The notes below the pieces were generated by a model, which did not search any database, was not told where the DNA came from, and saw only the letters and a program-made list of their open reading frames with translations. Positions 13,852 through 26,214 of a stretch of DNA of 64,000 nucleotides are shown one piece after another. Origin of the DNA: Octopus sinensis (lineage: Eukaryota); contig NC_043001.1 in assembly GCF_006345805.1 (NCBI RefSeq), positions 248,001-312,000 on the forward strand. Reading direction: 5' to 3'. Position numbers and translations under genes: made by a program. How positions within the stretch are numbered: position 1 is the first letter of the stretch; the number at the start of each line of letters is the position of its first letter.

Positions 13852-13982
13852 ACAAACCAATGCAAATATTCCATAGTGTTATCTTGGAGATGTTCATCAG
13901 GAGAAGTCAATATCAATGACCAGAAAGAAGAATCTTTTTCCTCAGATGGTAAATTCAGCTTAATGTATGGTACAACAGAAGC
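13852..13982 (-). CDS. MRPL38: mRpL38 coding exon 4
   Basis: Acceptor ctaatag|, donor |gtaagt. ASVVPYIKLNLPSEEKDSSFWSLILTSPDEHLQDNTMEYLHWFV carries the PEBP WTLxLTxPD and EYLHW motifs. Confidence 0.92.
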
Positions 13983-14609
13983 CTATTAGATAAGAAGTTA
14001 CTTGTTAATAATACAAATATCTATCCAACATATCATATCTCAATTTGTCACAAGTTACTTATCTCCTTTATGAAGTTTTAGCACCCTATGATCAGCATTC
14101 ACTCATTCTACTGTTGTATTTATAAGTTTTCATCTTCTGCAGATTCCATCCACTTTGATCACCTGGAATTTCTTTACTCCAATTGGCATCCTCCATACAC
14201 ACGAGCAAAGTCTTCTCTACATTCACAATACCTTCAATTTCTCTAATACCCAATTTTTCTCTCAGTTCATTTCTGCTCCATCATTCATGGACACTAACAT
14301 TAAATATAGAGTGGAGCATGGTAGGTCTTCATTTCTTTCCAAACTTAGAACATCCTTCATATTTAATATGTATTTAGACATTGAGCAGCATTACATTCCA
14401 TTTGAATTGATATAAAAGTTTGTAGTCGATGAGGGTATCATGTACCAACACTTCACTATATATCATTGCAGATCTCCATTACTTTCTCTTGCAGTTGGTT
14501 CCCATTATAGCACTTAGGAAATTCATTCATCTTTGCTTGTCCAGGACTGTCCATTGAGAAATTATCCTGTGTTTAGTTAGAGGTGTAGTTATGTTGAGAA
14601 TTTTACCTT

Positions 14610-14790
14610 AGGTGCAGGCATGGCTGTGTAGTAAGAAGTTTGCCTCCCACTGCATGGCACCTTGGACAGGCATCATAATTTAGGCCCCAGATAACCAAAG
14701 CTTTGTGAGTGGATTTGGTAGATGGAAACTGAAAAAGCTCATCATATATGCATGTGTGTGTGTGTACGGTTTGCACATCCCATGCTACAC
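14610..14790 (+). mobile_element. tRNA-derived CORE-type SINE (partial)
   Basis: ggcatggctgtgtagtaagaagtttgc head, ggcaccttgg CORE-like segment, ccaaagctttgtgagtggatttggtagatggaaactg body. Confidence 0.65.
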
Positions 14791-15144
14791 TCCTGCTCTT
14801 CATACCTTAGCTGTTGCGCCTCTAAGCAGACATTTCAGAAATGTCTTAGCAAGAAGCCCAATACTGCATGTTTTGTGGCTGCCCTAAAGAATTTGTTTTT
14901 TGCATGTGTAATTTGGGAGATCACTTTCCTAATGTATCTATTTTTCACAGCAATGCCATCACAATAACTGGGAATAACAACAATATCCTTTATTTCCTCA
15001 TATTCAACCAAATTTATTGCTAAATTCCAATTCCTACCATTGCTTCTAAATTTTAATCATGGTTCAGATTAGGGTTACCCTTAATTATCCTTAATCTCTA
15101 ATTACTGATTATCACTAAAAGTATTTTCATTTTTGCAGTAACAT

Positions 15145-15395
15145 TTTTTACCACTAAAAACACCATCCGAGTATGGCCGATGCCAGTGCCACGTGACTGG
15201 CTCACATGCTGGTGGCACATAAAAAGCACCCACTACACTCTCAGAGTTGTTGGCATTAGGAAGGGCATCCAGCCATAGAAACATATGCGAAATCCGATTG
15301 GAGCCAGGTGCAGCCTCCTGACTTGCAAGTTCTCAGTGAAACCATCCAACCCATGCCAGCATAGAAAGCAGACATTAAATGATGATGATGATGAT
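15145..15395 (+). mobile_element. RTE 3' tail
   Basis: 3' UTR motif and (GAT)n tail. Confidence 0.65.
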
Positions 15396-15690
15396 AAACT
15401 TTGTTTGGATGACAGACTTTGTGTGGTTTAAACTCAATTATAAGTAATGTTATTGATAATATATTTTAAGAATAAACTGTAGAATCATGTTATGTTATAG
15501 ACACTTAATCTCACTTATAAGAAATGAAACATTTTAAAAATATTTATAACAGCACAGTAATTTTGTCTCTAACAATGAGGCTAAAAGTCTGAAAAATTAT
15601 TATCATATCATTAACCTACATATGTTAGATACTTAAATATAATGAAATGTAAAGATTTAGCAAGGTGCAGTGTCAATGACAATACATTAG

Positions 15691-16771
15691 TTTCTAAAGC
15701 GTTCGATTCTGTAGATAGGTACAAGATGTTTGAAATCCTTAAGCTCTATGGGATACCAGACAAAATCATTTCTGCCATCAAGGTCGTCTACTCAGATACG
15801 TCTTCAACCATCTTAACCCCTGACGGAGAAACATCATCTTTCTCAATCAAAGCCGGAATACTGCAGGGAGACACTCGCCCCATTTCTTTTCATCATTGTT
15901 GTTGATTATGTGCTACGTATGTCAGTTGATACCATCTCTGGCAAGGGCTTTGAAATAAAACCAAGAAGTTCCAGATACCCAGCTGAGTACTTGACAGACA
16001 CTGACTTTGCTGACAACATCGCTCTTATCAGTGATTCTCTCTCCAATGCCCAGTCTCTTTCACAATCTCTTGAACAAGCCTCAAATTGTGTAGGTCTTTA
16101 CCTCAATGAGGCCAAAACTGAATACATAAACAAGTGCCTGTCCAACAGTGATTGCATCTTCCATACTCTCAACAATGCACCCTTAAATATGGTTTCTGAT
16201 TATAAATATCTTGGGTCATACATATCATCATCTGGAAAAGACTTTCTAACTAGAAAGGGTATGGCCTGGTCAGCCTGTAATGACATGCATAAGATCTGGT
16301 CATCAAATCTAAGTAGAGACTTCAAACTTGAAATCTTCAAAGCCACAGTCGAACCAATTCTACTATATGGCTCAGAAACCTGGACATTATCAAAGTAGCT
16401 TGAGAGGCAGTTGGATGGAACCTACACTCGCCTCCTTATGAGAGCTCAAAATCTCTCGTGGAAGCGCCATCCAACCAAAATGCAAATATATGGGAAACTA
16501 CCACCTGTGTCATCTCTTGTGAAAGTTAGGAGAGTCCAGTTTGCTGGACATTGTTGTAGAGCTGAAAAAGAAGTAATTTCTACTCTTCTCCTCTGGAAGC
16601 CATCTACTCGCAATACCAGAGGGCGCACACTCTCCTACCCTGATGTAATCTCCAGGGATACAGGCATCCAGCAACAGGACCTCCGTAATGCCATGATGGA
16701 CCGTGAAGTCTGGCGTAGCATGGTAAATTCCATTGTCTCGACCACGGTCGAACAATAATAATATAATAATA
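15691..16771 (+). mobile_element. Young RTE-like LINE, 5'-truncated copy 1
   Basis: SKAFDSVDR, GILQGDT, TDFADNIAL, YKYLGS, VEPILLYGSETW RT motifs. Frameshift near 15875, in-frame TAG at 16396-16398, (TAA)n tail right at the stop. Confidence 0.9.
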
Positions 16772-16839
16772 GTTCTAGATAATTATTAATTTGCAAGACA
16801 AAGACACCAATTATAATTGCTTGTTTTGTCTTGCAATTT

Positions 16840-17055
16840 ATTTCACGACCCTGTTGTTGATGGTGCTATGTAAAAAGCATTGGTGTTGGTGCCACGTAAA
16901 AAAAGCCAATACACTCTGCAAAGTGGTTTGTATTAGAAAGAGCAGACAGCTTTAAAAACCAAGCCAAAATGGATGAGTGACATTTGGTGCAGCTCCTGTC
17001 AAACCATCCCATCTATAGAAGCATGGAAAACAGATGTTAAATTATGATGACGATG
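16840..17055 (+). mobile_element. RTE/SINE 3' tail (degenerate)
   Basis: ...gcatggaaaacagatgttaaattatgatgacgatg tail. Confidence 0.5.
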
Positions 17056-17795
17056 AATTGATGATATGTTTAAATCTATATGTGATGGTGTGAGTGTAAT
17101 GTATATTTACTCTCCTTGCTCAACAAAATTACATAACTTTCTAATTGTCCAACTTTCCACACTAAACAGGAATTGAAAAATATGACAGTAGTTTAGGTCA
17201 TTTTTGTTTCTTTTTCTTTTTGTTTGTTACTTGCTGAGGTAGGAGGAAGAGGCAGTACCTATATATCCCACATCCCACGGTAATTCTCCAAATAAAGAAA
17301 AACACAAAAAGTTATAGGGAAAACTGGTTATGTGGAATGTTGACAAAGCTCAATGCACTTCTGGGTTAGAATTTTATACATTTTTGCAACATACCAATTA
17401 AAGATTTGTTTATATATTACCAAAAATGGTAACATTGAATTATTTCAGTCAGATTTTCCCCCACTACTATTGTTATCCCATGAAAATAACCTCATTTCAA
17501 GATTTAACTGTATGTTACTAATACCAAAGAGAAATAACATTACTTTGCACACAATCCTTGGAATAGACCTGTTTCATATTCTTACTTTTTTGGTTGGTTT
17601 TTATTTAAAATTTTTTGAACACGTCAGTTGTTTTTTCCTACATCACTTCGTGTGGAGTAGAAAGATATCACTGATGGCTCTTCTTTTGGACATTGAGCCA
17701 AATGAAACGGAAGTTTGTGAAAAGCCAAAACAATGACTGTTTTAGATGAAAGCCTATTTAAACACATTTTGAATACATTAAAAAATATAACTTAC

Positions 17796-18004
17796 TTCAG
17801 AAGGGAGAATTTTGTTTCCATTATAGACTATAGTGGTAAATTCTTCATCATAATCATAAAAAACATTCAGTACTGGTTGAGGGTAGAAATGAGCATTATC
17901 AAAAAGATCACGATATATACCATAATGTTTGATAATCCTATGTACATTATTTGGCCATTGCTCTTTTATTGATTCTTCTTTCACTTTCTCAGGATCAATT
18001 TCCA
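17796..18004 (-). CDS. MRPL38: mRpL38 coding exon 3
   Basis: Acceptor ctattttag|, donor |gtaagt. EIDPEKVK...HYGIYRDLFDNAHFYP...VYNGNKILPSE matches the mL38 YGLYRDLF...VYCGNEVTPTE region. Confidence 0.92.
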
Positions 18005-18814
18005 CTAAAATAGATGATAAATAATTAAATACAATATTAAACAACATTTGTGCAACTAAAATTTAAAAAGAAAAAAGAGCTATCTGAAGATGATATTACA
18101 TTTAAAAAAATGGTGAGGTTAGATTTATAAATATAAGAGTTCATACATGAAATGACATAAGGTTGAAAACAGAGGAATAGATTGTAATATAGACCTGTTC
18201 AATTATACAATCATGAGGAAAAATTTACAAAATGTTGATTGAAATGATGGAAATAAAACAAAGTTAATGATCAAAATATGTATTCTTTATTCAAACGTAA
18301 GATGTTGGGAAAGGTTCTTATTGAAATAAATATTAACATGATTATCATGTAAAAGAAAAGTTAGTTAGAAGCTGTTGAGTTGATACCATCATGTCAGGCA
18401 CATCCTACTACATTATAAATGCTTGCACTATAAGATAGTGTAGAGGACTATTAGAATAGCGAAATGAAATCTAGAATATTCATTAACTACTGTTAAAATA
18501 TATTTGTTACAAGTAGCAGATGGAAATGGACCTTTAAAATCTAAATTAATTCTCTCTACTGAAGGATCTTTTCCCTCAGCTTGTTACTTTATATACGTAT
18601 ATATATATATATATATTTGTTGAAATGGAAAGATGAATTATCTTGTTACGGATTATTCAAAAGTTTAACCGATACCTGGGTAGCAAAAATCACAGCAGAA
18701 AAAACACGGTTGGAGATATGACCATATGGTGTAGCAACCGTGCGTTGGCGCGGATAATTAATGTTTAATATAATTAGTGAATGGAAGAAATGGAGTTGAA
18801 CGAAGATTGTACAG

Positions 18815-18922
18815 AATTCTTTTTATTACATTCTACACATGTTTCAAAGGCCACAATTTTCCAAATTCTGATTAAATAAGGATACCATATTGCAGCTTTC
18901 TCTTCAGGAAAAACCAGGAATT
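18815..18922 (-). ncRNA. Minimal type-I hammerhead ribozyme motif (PLE pLTR)
   Basis: Inverted copy of 20248-20355 with CUGAAGA...GAAAC-AUGU-GUA intact; one change in distal helix I. Confidence 0.75.
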
Positions 18923-20247
18923 ACGTTGTCAGAACAAAACAAAACAAAGGCGCAGCAAAGCAATTCGAACGAGAACGCTCCTTAAGAGCCCATGGGTAAA
19001 ATGTTTATCAATGTACGTTGAAATCGGGGGGTTGGTGGGGGCCGACAAAAAGGTCCGTTGGAATAAATCAAGGTCAGGCCGCAGTCAAATCTAGTAGGTG
19101 AGGAATTAATGAGAACAAGGGGTGTGGAGATGTTCTGTGTGACCAAAGCTAATGTTCTGAATATTTTAAGAATTCAGGGTGTATTTTTTGGGTGCGAGGC
19201 AATACCTACCTAAAAGCATGTGTGTGTATACTAGCCTATGTGTGCGCCGCCGTATGTTGGCGAGGGGCGCTAGATAATGAGCACTGCTGAAAAAAGCCTG
19301 TCAGGCGGCTGAAATAATTCTGTGTTCGTGTGTCCGTCTGTGGCCTGCTTGTCTAAAAATTATCCTCGTCAAAGAATCAGGGGGGTATATAATTCCGGCG
19401 CCTGCTTCTAAAAAACCGACCAATCGCCTAATGGGAGTAATTTCCCCTTGCAAGAGTTATTCAGAGATTTTTTTTTAAATTTTTTCCCAAAATTATTTTC
19501 ATTTTAATAGGGTATCAAGGTGTTAATTGTCTTAGGTATCATTTATATGTAAGAAACGTATGACGCCGCCAATGGGGACATCGAAAAGCAGACTGTAAAA
19601 GCCCGTTTACCAAACGGCCTCTGGCGAACAATATGTGGAAAAGCTCAGAGTTACAAAGATTACATATCCTTCTGCCTCTATCAAACGGGAGGGCCACCGA
19701 CAAAATTGACCATTCCAGCCTAAAAACTGAATTCGCGAATTCAGTTTTTAGGCTGGAATGGTCGATTTTGTCGGTGGCCCTCCCATTTGATAGAGGCAGA
19801 AGGATATGTAATCTTTGTAACTCTGAGCTTTTCCACATATTGTTCGCCAGAATTATTTCAGCCGCCTGACAGGCTTTTTTCAGCAGTGCTCATTATCTAG
19901 CGCCCCTCGCCAACATACGGCGGCGCACACATAGGTTAGTATACACACACATGCTTTTAGGTAGGTATTGATTCGCACCCAAAAAATACACCCTAAATTC
20001 TTAAAATATTCAGAACATTAGCTTTGGTCACACAGAACATCTCCACACCCCTTGTTCTCATTAATTCCTCACCTACTAGATTTGACCGCGGCCTGACCTT
20101 GATTTATTCCAACGGACCTTTTTGTCGGCCCCCACCAACCCCCCGATTTCAACGTACATTGATAAACATTTTACCCATGGGCTCTTAAGGAGCGTTCTCG
20201 TTCGAATTGCTTTGCTGCGCTTTTGTTTTGTTTTGTTCTGACAACGT

Positions 20248-20355
20248 AATTCCTGGTTTTTCCTGAAGAGAAAGCTGCAATATGGTATCCTTATTTAATC
20301 AGAATTTGGAAAATTGTGGCCTTTGAAACATGTGTAGAATGTAATAAAAGGAATT
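20248..20355 (+). ncRNA. Minimal type-I hammerhead ribozyme motif
   Basis: CUGAAGA at 20263-20269, ~11-bp helix II, GAAA at 20325-20328, C-AUGU-GUA (cleavage predicted after 20336). Helix I is ttc/gaa plus an internal loop plus aattcct/aggaatt. Confidence 0.8.
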
Positions 20356-20424
20356 CTGTACAATCTTCGTTCAACTCCATTTCTTCCATTCACTAATTAT
20401 ATATATATATATATATATACACAT

Positions 20425-20915
20425 ATATTTTTAAAATATAAGTTTATGAAAGAATGGAGTTGAACGACTTGTTAACAAATTTCCTTTATTTTCGACATAT
20501 GTTTCGAAGGCTGCATATTCCTAATTCCGAAGGAATAAGGAGTACATTATGCAGATTACTCATTATCACCATGGGCTCCTTGAGAGCAGTCAGTTAAAAG
20601 TTTTTCATGCATTTTGATGTCGACATGAGTTCCTTGCCTTTCCTGGTGAGAAATCTGCATAATGTACTCCTTATTCCTTCGGAATTAGGAATATGCAGCC
20701 TTCGAAACATATGTCGAAAATAAAGGAAATTTGTTAACAAGTCGTTCAACTCCATTCTTTCATATACTTATAATTTTAAAATAAACATACAAATTTCCGC
20801 ACGAAAGCACGTAGTCTATGCCCTAGGGACGTAACTTCAACCGTGTTCTTTCTGATGTGAATTTGCTACCCAGGTATCGGTTATCTTTCGAATTATCCTT
20901 AATAAGATAATTCAT
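20425..20915 (+). mobile_element. Second PLE pLTR fragment with inverted partial arm
   Basis: Arms ~20430-20556 and ~20650-20775 are inverted. 20837-20915 resembles the reverse complement of 18626-18712. Flanked by (TA)n. Confidence 0.7.
20630..20728 (+). ncRNA. Variant hammerhead motif (CUGGUGA core)
   Basis: CUGGUGA at 20643-20649, helix II ctgcata/tatgcag, GAAAC-AUAU-GUC (after 20715), helix I tttc/gaaa plus ttcctt/aaggaa. Confidence 0.6.
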
Positions 20916-21154
20916 TCAAATATATATATATATATATATATATATAGTTGGAATTTACAAAAAACAAAAGATGAAGACAGGTGTGTAAACAACAAACAGG
21001 TGTATTAGTTTCACGCTAAGAAAGATGAGAAAATCTTTTGTTTCAAGCCTACGCTCTTCAACAGAAAGGAAATGAGAAAATAAACAGAAAGAGAATAAAA
21101 AAGAAATCTTTAGTAGCTAGTAATCAATCATGGCAATATATATATATATATATA

Positions 21155-22070
21155 TGTCATCATCATCATCACATTTTAACGTCTGGCATAGGTTGGACGG
21201 TTCGACTGGACTGGGGTCTGGGAAGCCAGGAGGCTGCACCAGGCTCCAATCTGATCTGGCAGTGTTTTTACAGCTGTATGCCCTTCCCAGTGCCAACCAC
21301 TTCAAGAGTGTAGTAGGTGCTTTTTACGTGCCACCAGCACAGGGGCCAGGGGAGCTGGCATTGGCCACGATCGGATAGTGCTATTTATGTGTCACCGGTA
21401 CAGAAGCCAGTCAAGGCGGCACTGGCATCGGCCACATTTGGATGGTGCTTGTTACTTTCCACTGGCACAGGGGTTACAACTACAATTTCCATTTGATTGT
21501 AATTTGATTTGATTTTGATGTTGATGTACTTGACTCAATAGGTCTCCCCAAGCATGGCATGTTGCCCTACAATCCAAGGTACTTTTGAGTGGGCTGGTTA
21601 TGCAACACTGGTTTAGGTTACAGCTGTGAACTCACTTTATTTGCCAGGTCTTCTCAGTCACAGCATACCTCCAGAGGTCTTGGTCTTTTGTCATTGCCTC
21701 TGTGAGACCCAACGTTTGAAGGTCATGCTTCACCACCTTATCCCATGTCTTCCTGGGTCTCCCTCTATCCCAGATTCCTTCAACAGTTTGGGAGTGGCAC
21801 TTCTTCAGTTCTCGTCCATCAACAGTACATGACCATACCAATGCAAACGTCTCTCTTTCACGCCACATCTGATGCTTCTTATGTCTAACATTTCTCTCAG
21901 AGCGCTCACACTGTGTGCACACTGACATTACACATCCTGCAGATCATGCTAGCTTTATTTCTTTTAAGCCTACGCATGTCTTCAGCAGTCACGGCACATG
22001 TTTCACTGCTGTGAAGCATGGCAGTATGCACACATGCATCATACAATCTACCTTTCACTTTTGTACGATG
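21155..22070 (-). mobile_element. RTE LINE 3' fragment
   Basis: ORF 21632-21928: VEGIWDRGRPRKTWDKVVKHDLQTLGLTEAM; (GAT)n tail. Confidence 0.8.
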
Positions 22071-24890
22071 CAGTGCTGTTCAGTTCGAAGAATGGTAAAG
22101 CTGTAAATTCCAAAATTGGGAGATAAAACCCTCAAAGACCTTGCAAATATATATCACCACATATCTTTCTCGTCTTCTCTCCAGGGAATAGAGACTAAAC
22201 TCCCAGTAGCCTATCTTTTGCATTTAGCCAATCTTCCTTGTGTATTGGTGCTGGATTACTTCGAGTTCCACAGTTTGTTTCACATTCTCTGGGGACCACA
22301 GTTAGGAGCAGTAGTCCAAGTGGCTGAGAATGAATGTCTTCTATAGGGGTAGCAGGGCTTCCCTTTTCCTAGTTCTGAATGTCCTCAGAATCCAGCCAGC
22401 CACTCGCCTGCACAGTGTTGGCATCTTGGTAACATGCACATGGAATGTTGCATCATTGCTCATGTGAACCCCCAGGTCACACACCGACTCTGACTCTGGA
22501 ATCATATTACCTTCTAGATCAGTGTATTCCGATTTTAGCCTGGTGTTGGACCGATAGTGGAGTGCCTGAAATTTCATAGCATTGAACTGCATGTTATTTT
22601 ATTGAGGTCTTTCTGCAGTTTTATGATGTCCTCTGCCTGCAATACTTTTGTATTGTCAGCATAACCGGTCAGATTGGCTGACTGTACCACGGAGGGCATG
22701 TCTGAGAGGGCCACCACAAATAGTAGTGGGACTCCGCTGAGAATTGGTCAGAGTGAGCACCATTGGCTACAACTGTCTGACTCCTGCCCTTCGGAAAATC
22801 ATACAAGCCACTCTCCCAGTTTCCCGTTAATACTAAGGTTTTGCAGCTTGTGACTTATCGTGCCATGATCAACTTTGTCAAAAGCATTGGCAAAGTCGAG
22901 ATATATCACGTCTACAGCTGACTGGTTTAGTTGTTGCTTCAGTACCCAGTCAAAGTGCTGCTGCAACTGTGTGAGGCAGCACCTCCCTGGATGGAAGCCA
23001 TGCTGCATTTTTTGTGAGAAGGTTGTTTTCTTCTAGGAATGTGATCAGCCCTTTTCTGACAATGCGTTCCATTGTGTTGCTAACATGTGAGGTCAAAGAG
23101 ATGCGCCTGTAGTTTCTAGCATCTGCTCTGCTCCCTCTTTTGGGGACAGGGCATATTATACCTTCTTTTAGCATGTTGGGAAGTTTGCCACATGCAAGGA
23201 AACTCTGAAAGAGTATCTGCTGTGGCTTTGCAATATCCTGTTAATATGTCTTTAAGAGAACAGCTGGGAATCCATCTGGGCCTGTCGCTGAGTTTGATCT
23301 CATCTAATCAATGGCCGATATTACATCCTCTTCTGTTATGTTGATGCAATTGATGGTTGCCTCTTTTCCGAATAGATTCATTAGATTGAAAAACTCCTTC
23401 GGCTTGTTTATTTGCATATTTTCCAGTAGAGAAGTGAAAATACTTCAGAATTGTTTATTTAGTGCTTCATTTATCTTCCCCGGGTCTGCAGTTAGTGAGT
23501 TGTTTTTACCAAATAGCGGCCCTATCTTATAGCGTACTGAGGCAGACTCCTTTGCCAATGTTTAGAAGGCTTTAGGGTTTCTTTTTATATTTTTGACTGC
23601 CTAGGTTTTTCTCTTTCTTTTGCATTGGAGATTTTGAGTTTATTCTCTATCTTGAAGAGTTTCTCCATTAGGTGGGATTTCACACTGTCATTAAGATGTT
23701 TGTTTAAACGATTCAAAGTCTTTATTCTCTGCCACATGAGTATTCTTCTGTCTCTGGGAATGATGTGTTTGTGTGTATTGGCACCCTTCTTTGGGACATA
23801 ATGTATATTGACATTATTGACATGAATTTATTGCTTCATATCTATGTTTTGCATAGGGAGGCTTTTAGGCCAGTCCTGCAGGAGTATCTGTCTTTCAAGT
23901 GACGTCTAGTCAGCCTTATAGAAATTTAGGCTGGATAGGGTTTCAGCGTCATCTGTGCAGAGTTTATCTTTAGTTAATTCCAGGCCATACATTGTCAGTC
24001 TATTATGTTATGGTCTGAGAAAATTGTCGGTAATATACTTACATTGTGGATAATTTTCGCATTGTTTGTAAAACAGAGGTCCAGGATGTTTGGAGAGAGT
24101 ATGATCTACTCCATGAATATCATTTTCATAAGATCAAGTAGGGTTATTTTGCTCTCAGGCCACCTGATGTTGAGGAAGCTGGAGTCACCTATCAGGAACA
24201 TAGTAGTACATTGATCCAGTTCTGTTAGTACTTCCTTTATCGCACTGAGTCTTTCCTCAAATTTTCCATGGGCATCAGGCGGGTGATATAGTGTGCATAT
24301 CACTATATCAAATTGCTTTAGATGTACTGTGAGTGTCTCATCTCATATATATATTGCAACTCCATCATGACTTCTTTTTCTTCTGCCTATACGGAAGATA
24401 ATATACAATGGCATGTGTATCTCCACATCACCTATGTCTGCAGATAGATGTGGTTCTGTAAGTGCAATGCTTGTAGCTTGATTACATGCAGAAAGATTAT
24501 TCAGGTGCTCAATTTTGCATTTGCTGTTGTTCTGCAGCAGGCTTCTTATATTCATTAGTAGAAATTGCGCTGATGTTGATGTGTTGGGTGGTTTGGTGGT
24601 TAACCGGGGTCCATCAATTGTGGCAGTCTTGTATGCAAGGGTACATAGCTCAGCTTTGTCTGTTGCCATGACAATCATTGCACTATTTCCTGTGCCACAC
24701 TTAAAAAATGTTGCTCAGCTGCTGCACCTGGAAATGACTTCTGTGTGGCCTCTTTTTTTTGCAGGTTTGTGACTAGATATAGATTTTTCTAAGTGTGGTT
24801 GTTTCCTTTGTTGGGTGACTGGTGGATTTTGCTCAAGTGCTGGGTGCATGCGCAAAGTGGCAGTTTCTCCCACTCTCTCTATGCCAGCAG
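22070..24890 (-). mobile_element. CR1-like LINE, degenerate (APE + RT)
   Basis: FLLMNIRSLL/IALTEPHL (APE), NYRRISLTSHVS, QHGFHPGRCCLTQL, YLDFANAFDKVDH, MQFNAMKF. Confidence 0.85.
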
Positions 24891-24994
24891 ACACACACAA
24901 ACATATATATATATGTATGTATATTATGTATATATATACACACACACATATACATACATATGTGTATGTATATGTGTATATGGATATATATTAA

Positions 24995-26212
24995 ATGTCA
25001 TCATCGTTTAATGTCTGTTTTCCATGCTAGCAGAGGCCAGAGGAGGCTGGTGAACAGCCATGATCAGTTGGTGCTTTTTACGTGTCACTGATACGGACGC
25101 CAGTCAGGCAGCACTGGCATCGGCCACGTTCTAGGAAGGGCATCCAGCTGTAGAAACACTGCCAGATCAGACTGGAGCCTGGTGCAACCTCCTGGCTTCC
25201 CAGACACCAGTCAAACTGTCCAACCCATGCTAGCATGGAAAACAGACGTTAAACGATGATTATCATCATCATCATTGTTGTCATTTCAATGCTGGCATGG
25301 GTTGGATGGTCTCACTGAGAGCTGGCAAGCCAGAAGGCTGCACTAGCCTCCAATCCAATCTGGTAGAGTTTCTACAGCCGGATGCCCTTCATAATGCCAA
25401 CCACTCCGATAGTGTAGTGGGTGCTTTTTATGCACCACAGGCACAGGAGCCAGTCAGGCAGCACTGGCATTTACCACACTCGAATGCTGCTCTTTACGTG
25501 CCACTGGTATGGGTGCCAATCAGGCAGTACTGTCATCAGCTGCGACAACAATTTCACTTGCCTTAACAGGTCTTCACAAGCGCAGTTTATTGCCCAATTA
25601 TTGAAGGGTACTCTTAAATGGGCTGGTTATGCTGCACTGGCATATGCCATGGTTATGGTCTCACTTGGCTTGCCAGGTTTTCTCAAGCACAACATATCTC
25701 TAAAAGTCTCAGTCACTTGTCATCGCTTTGGTGAGGCCCAACGTTCGAAGGTTATGCTTTATCACCTCATCCCAGGTTTTCCTGGGTCTACCTCTTCCAC
25801 AGGTTCACTTTACTGCTAGGGTGTGACACATTTTCACACAGCTGTCCTCATCCATATGCAACACATGACCATAACAGCACAGTCATCTCTCTTGCACACC
25901 ACATCTTCTTAAGTCCAACTTTTTTCTCAGGGCGCTTACACTCTGTTGTGTATGCACACTGACATTACACATCTAGCAGAGCATAATGGCTTCATTCTTT
26001 GCAAGCTTACGCATGTCCTCAGCAGTCATGGCCCATGTTTCACTGCCATGTAGCATCATCTAGTCTAACTTCTACTCTGAGTGAGAGGCCCTTTGTCACC
26101 AGCAGTGGTAAGAGCTCTCTGAACTTTGCCTAGGCTATTCTTATTCTAGCAGCTACACTCAGAGCATACACTCCCACTACTGATTTAGTCACCTAGGTAA
26201 TGGAAGCTATCA
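24995..26212 (-). mobile_element. Cluster of RTE 3' fragments (a plus-strand tail at ~25131-25260 between minus-strand copies)
   Basis: Repeated RTE 3' UTR/tail motifs in both orientations and a degenerate C-terminal coding segment. Confidence 0.7.
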
Positions 26213-26214
26213 CA

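Larger units (their letters stand above)
18626..20402 (-). mobile_element. Penelope-like element 3' end with inverted duplicate
   Basis: Minus-strand 19735-19539 encodes a GIY-YIG C-terminus (LEWSILS..CNLCNSELFHILF..CPHWRRHTF) homologous to ORF 61134-62295, followed by a pseudo-LTR. Inverted copy at 19736-20402; (TA)n at both ends. Confidence 0.85.

Noticed and set aside
17353-17750. Candidate additional mRpL38 exon or plus-strand ORF
   Set aside because: No mL38 similarity; exons 3 and 4 already join in frame without a gap.
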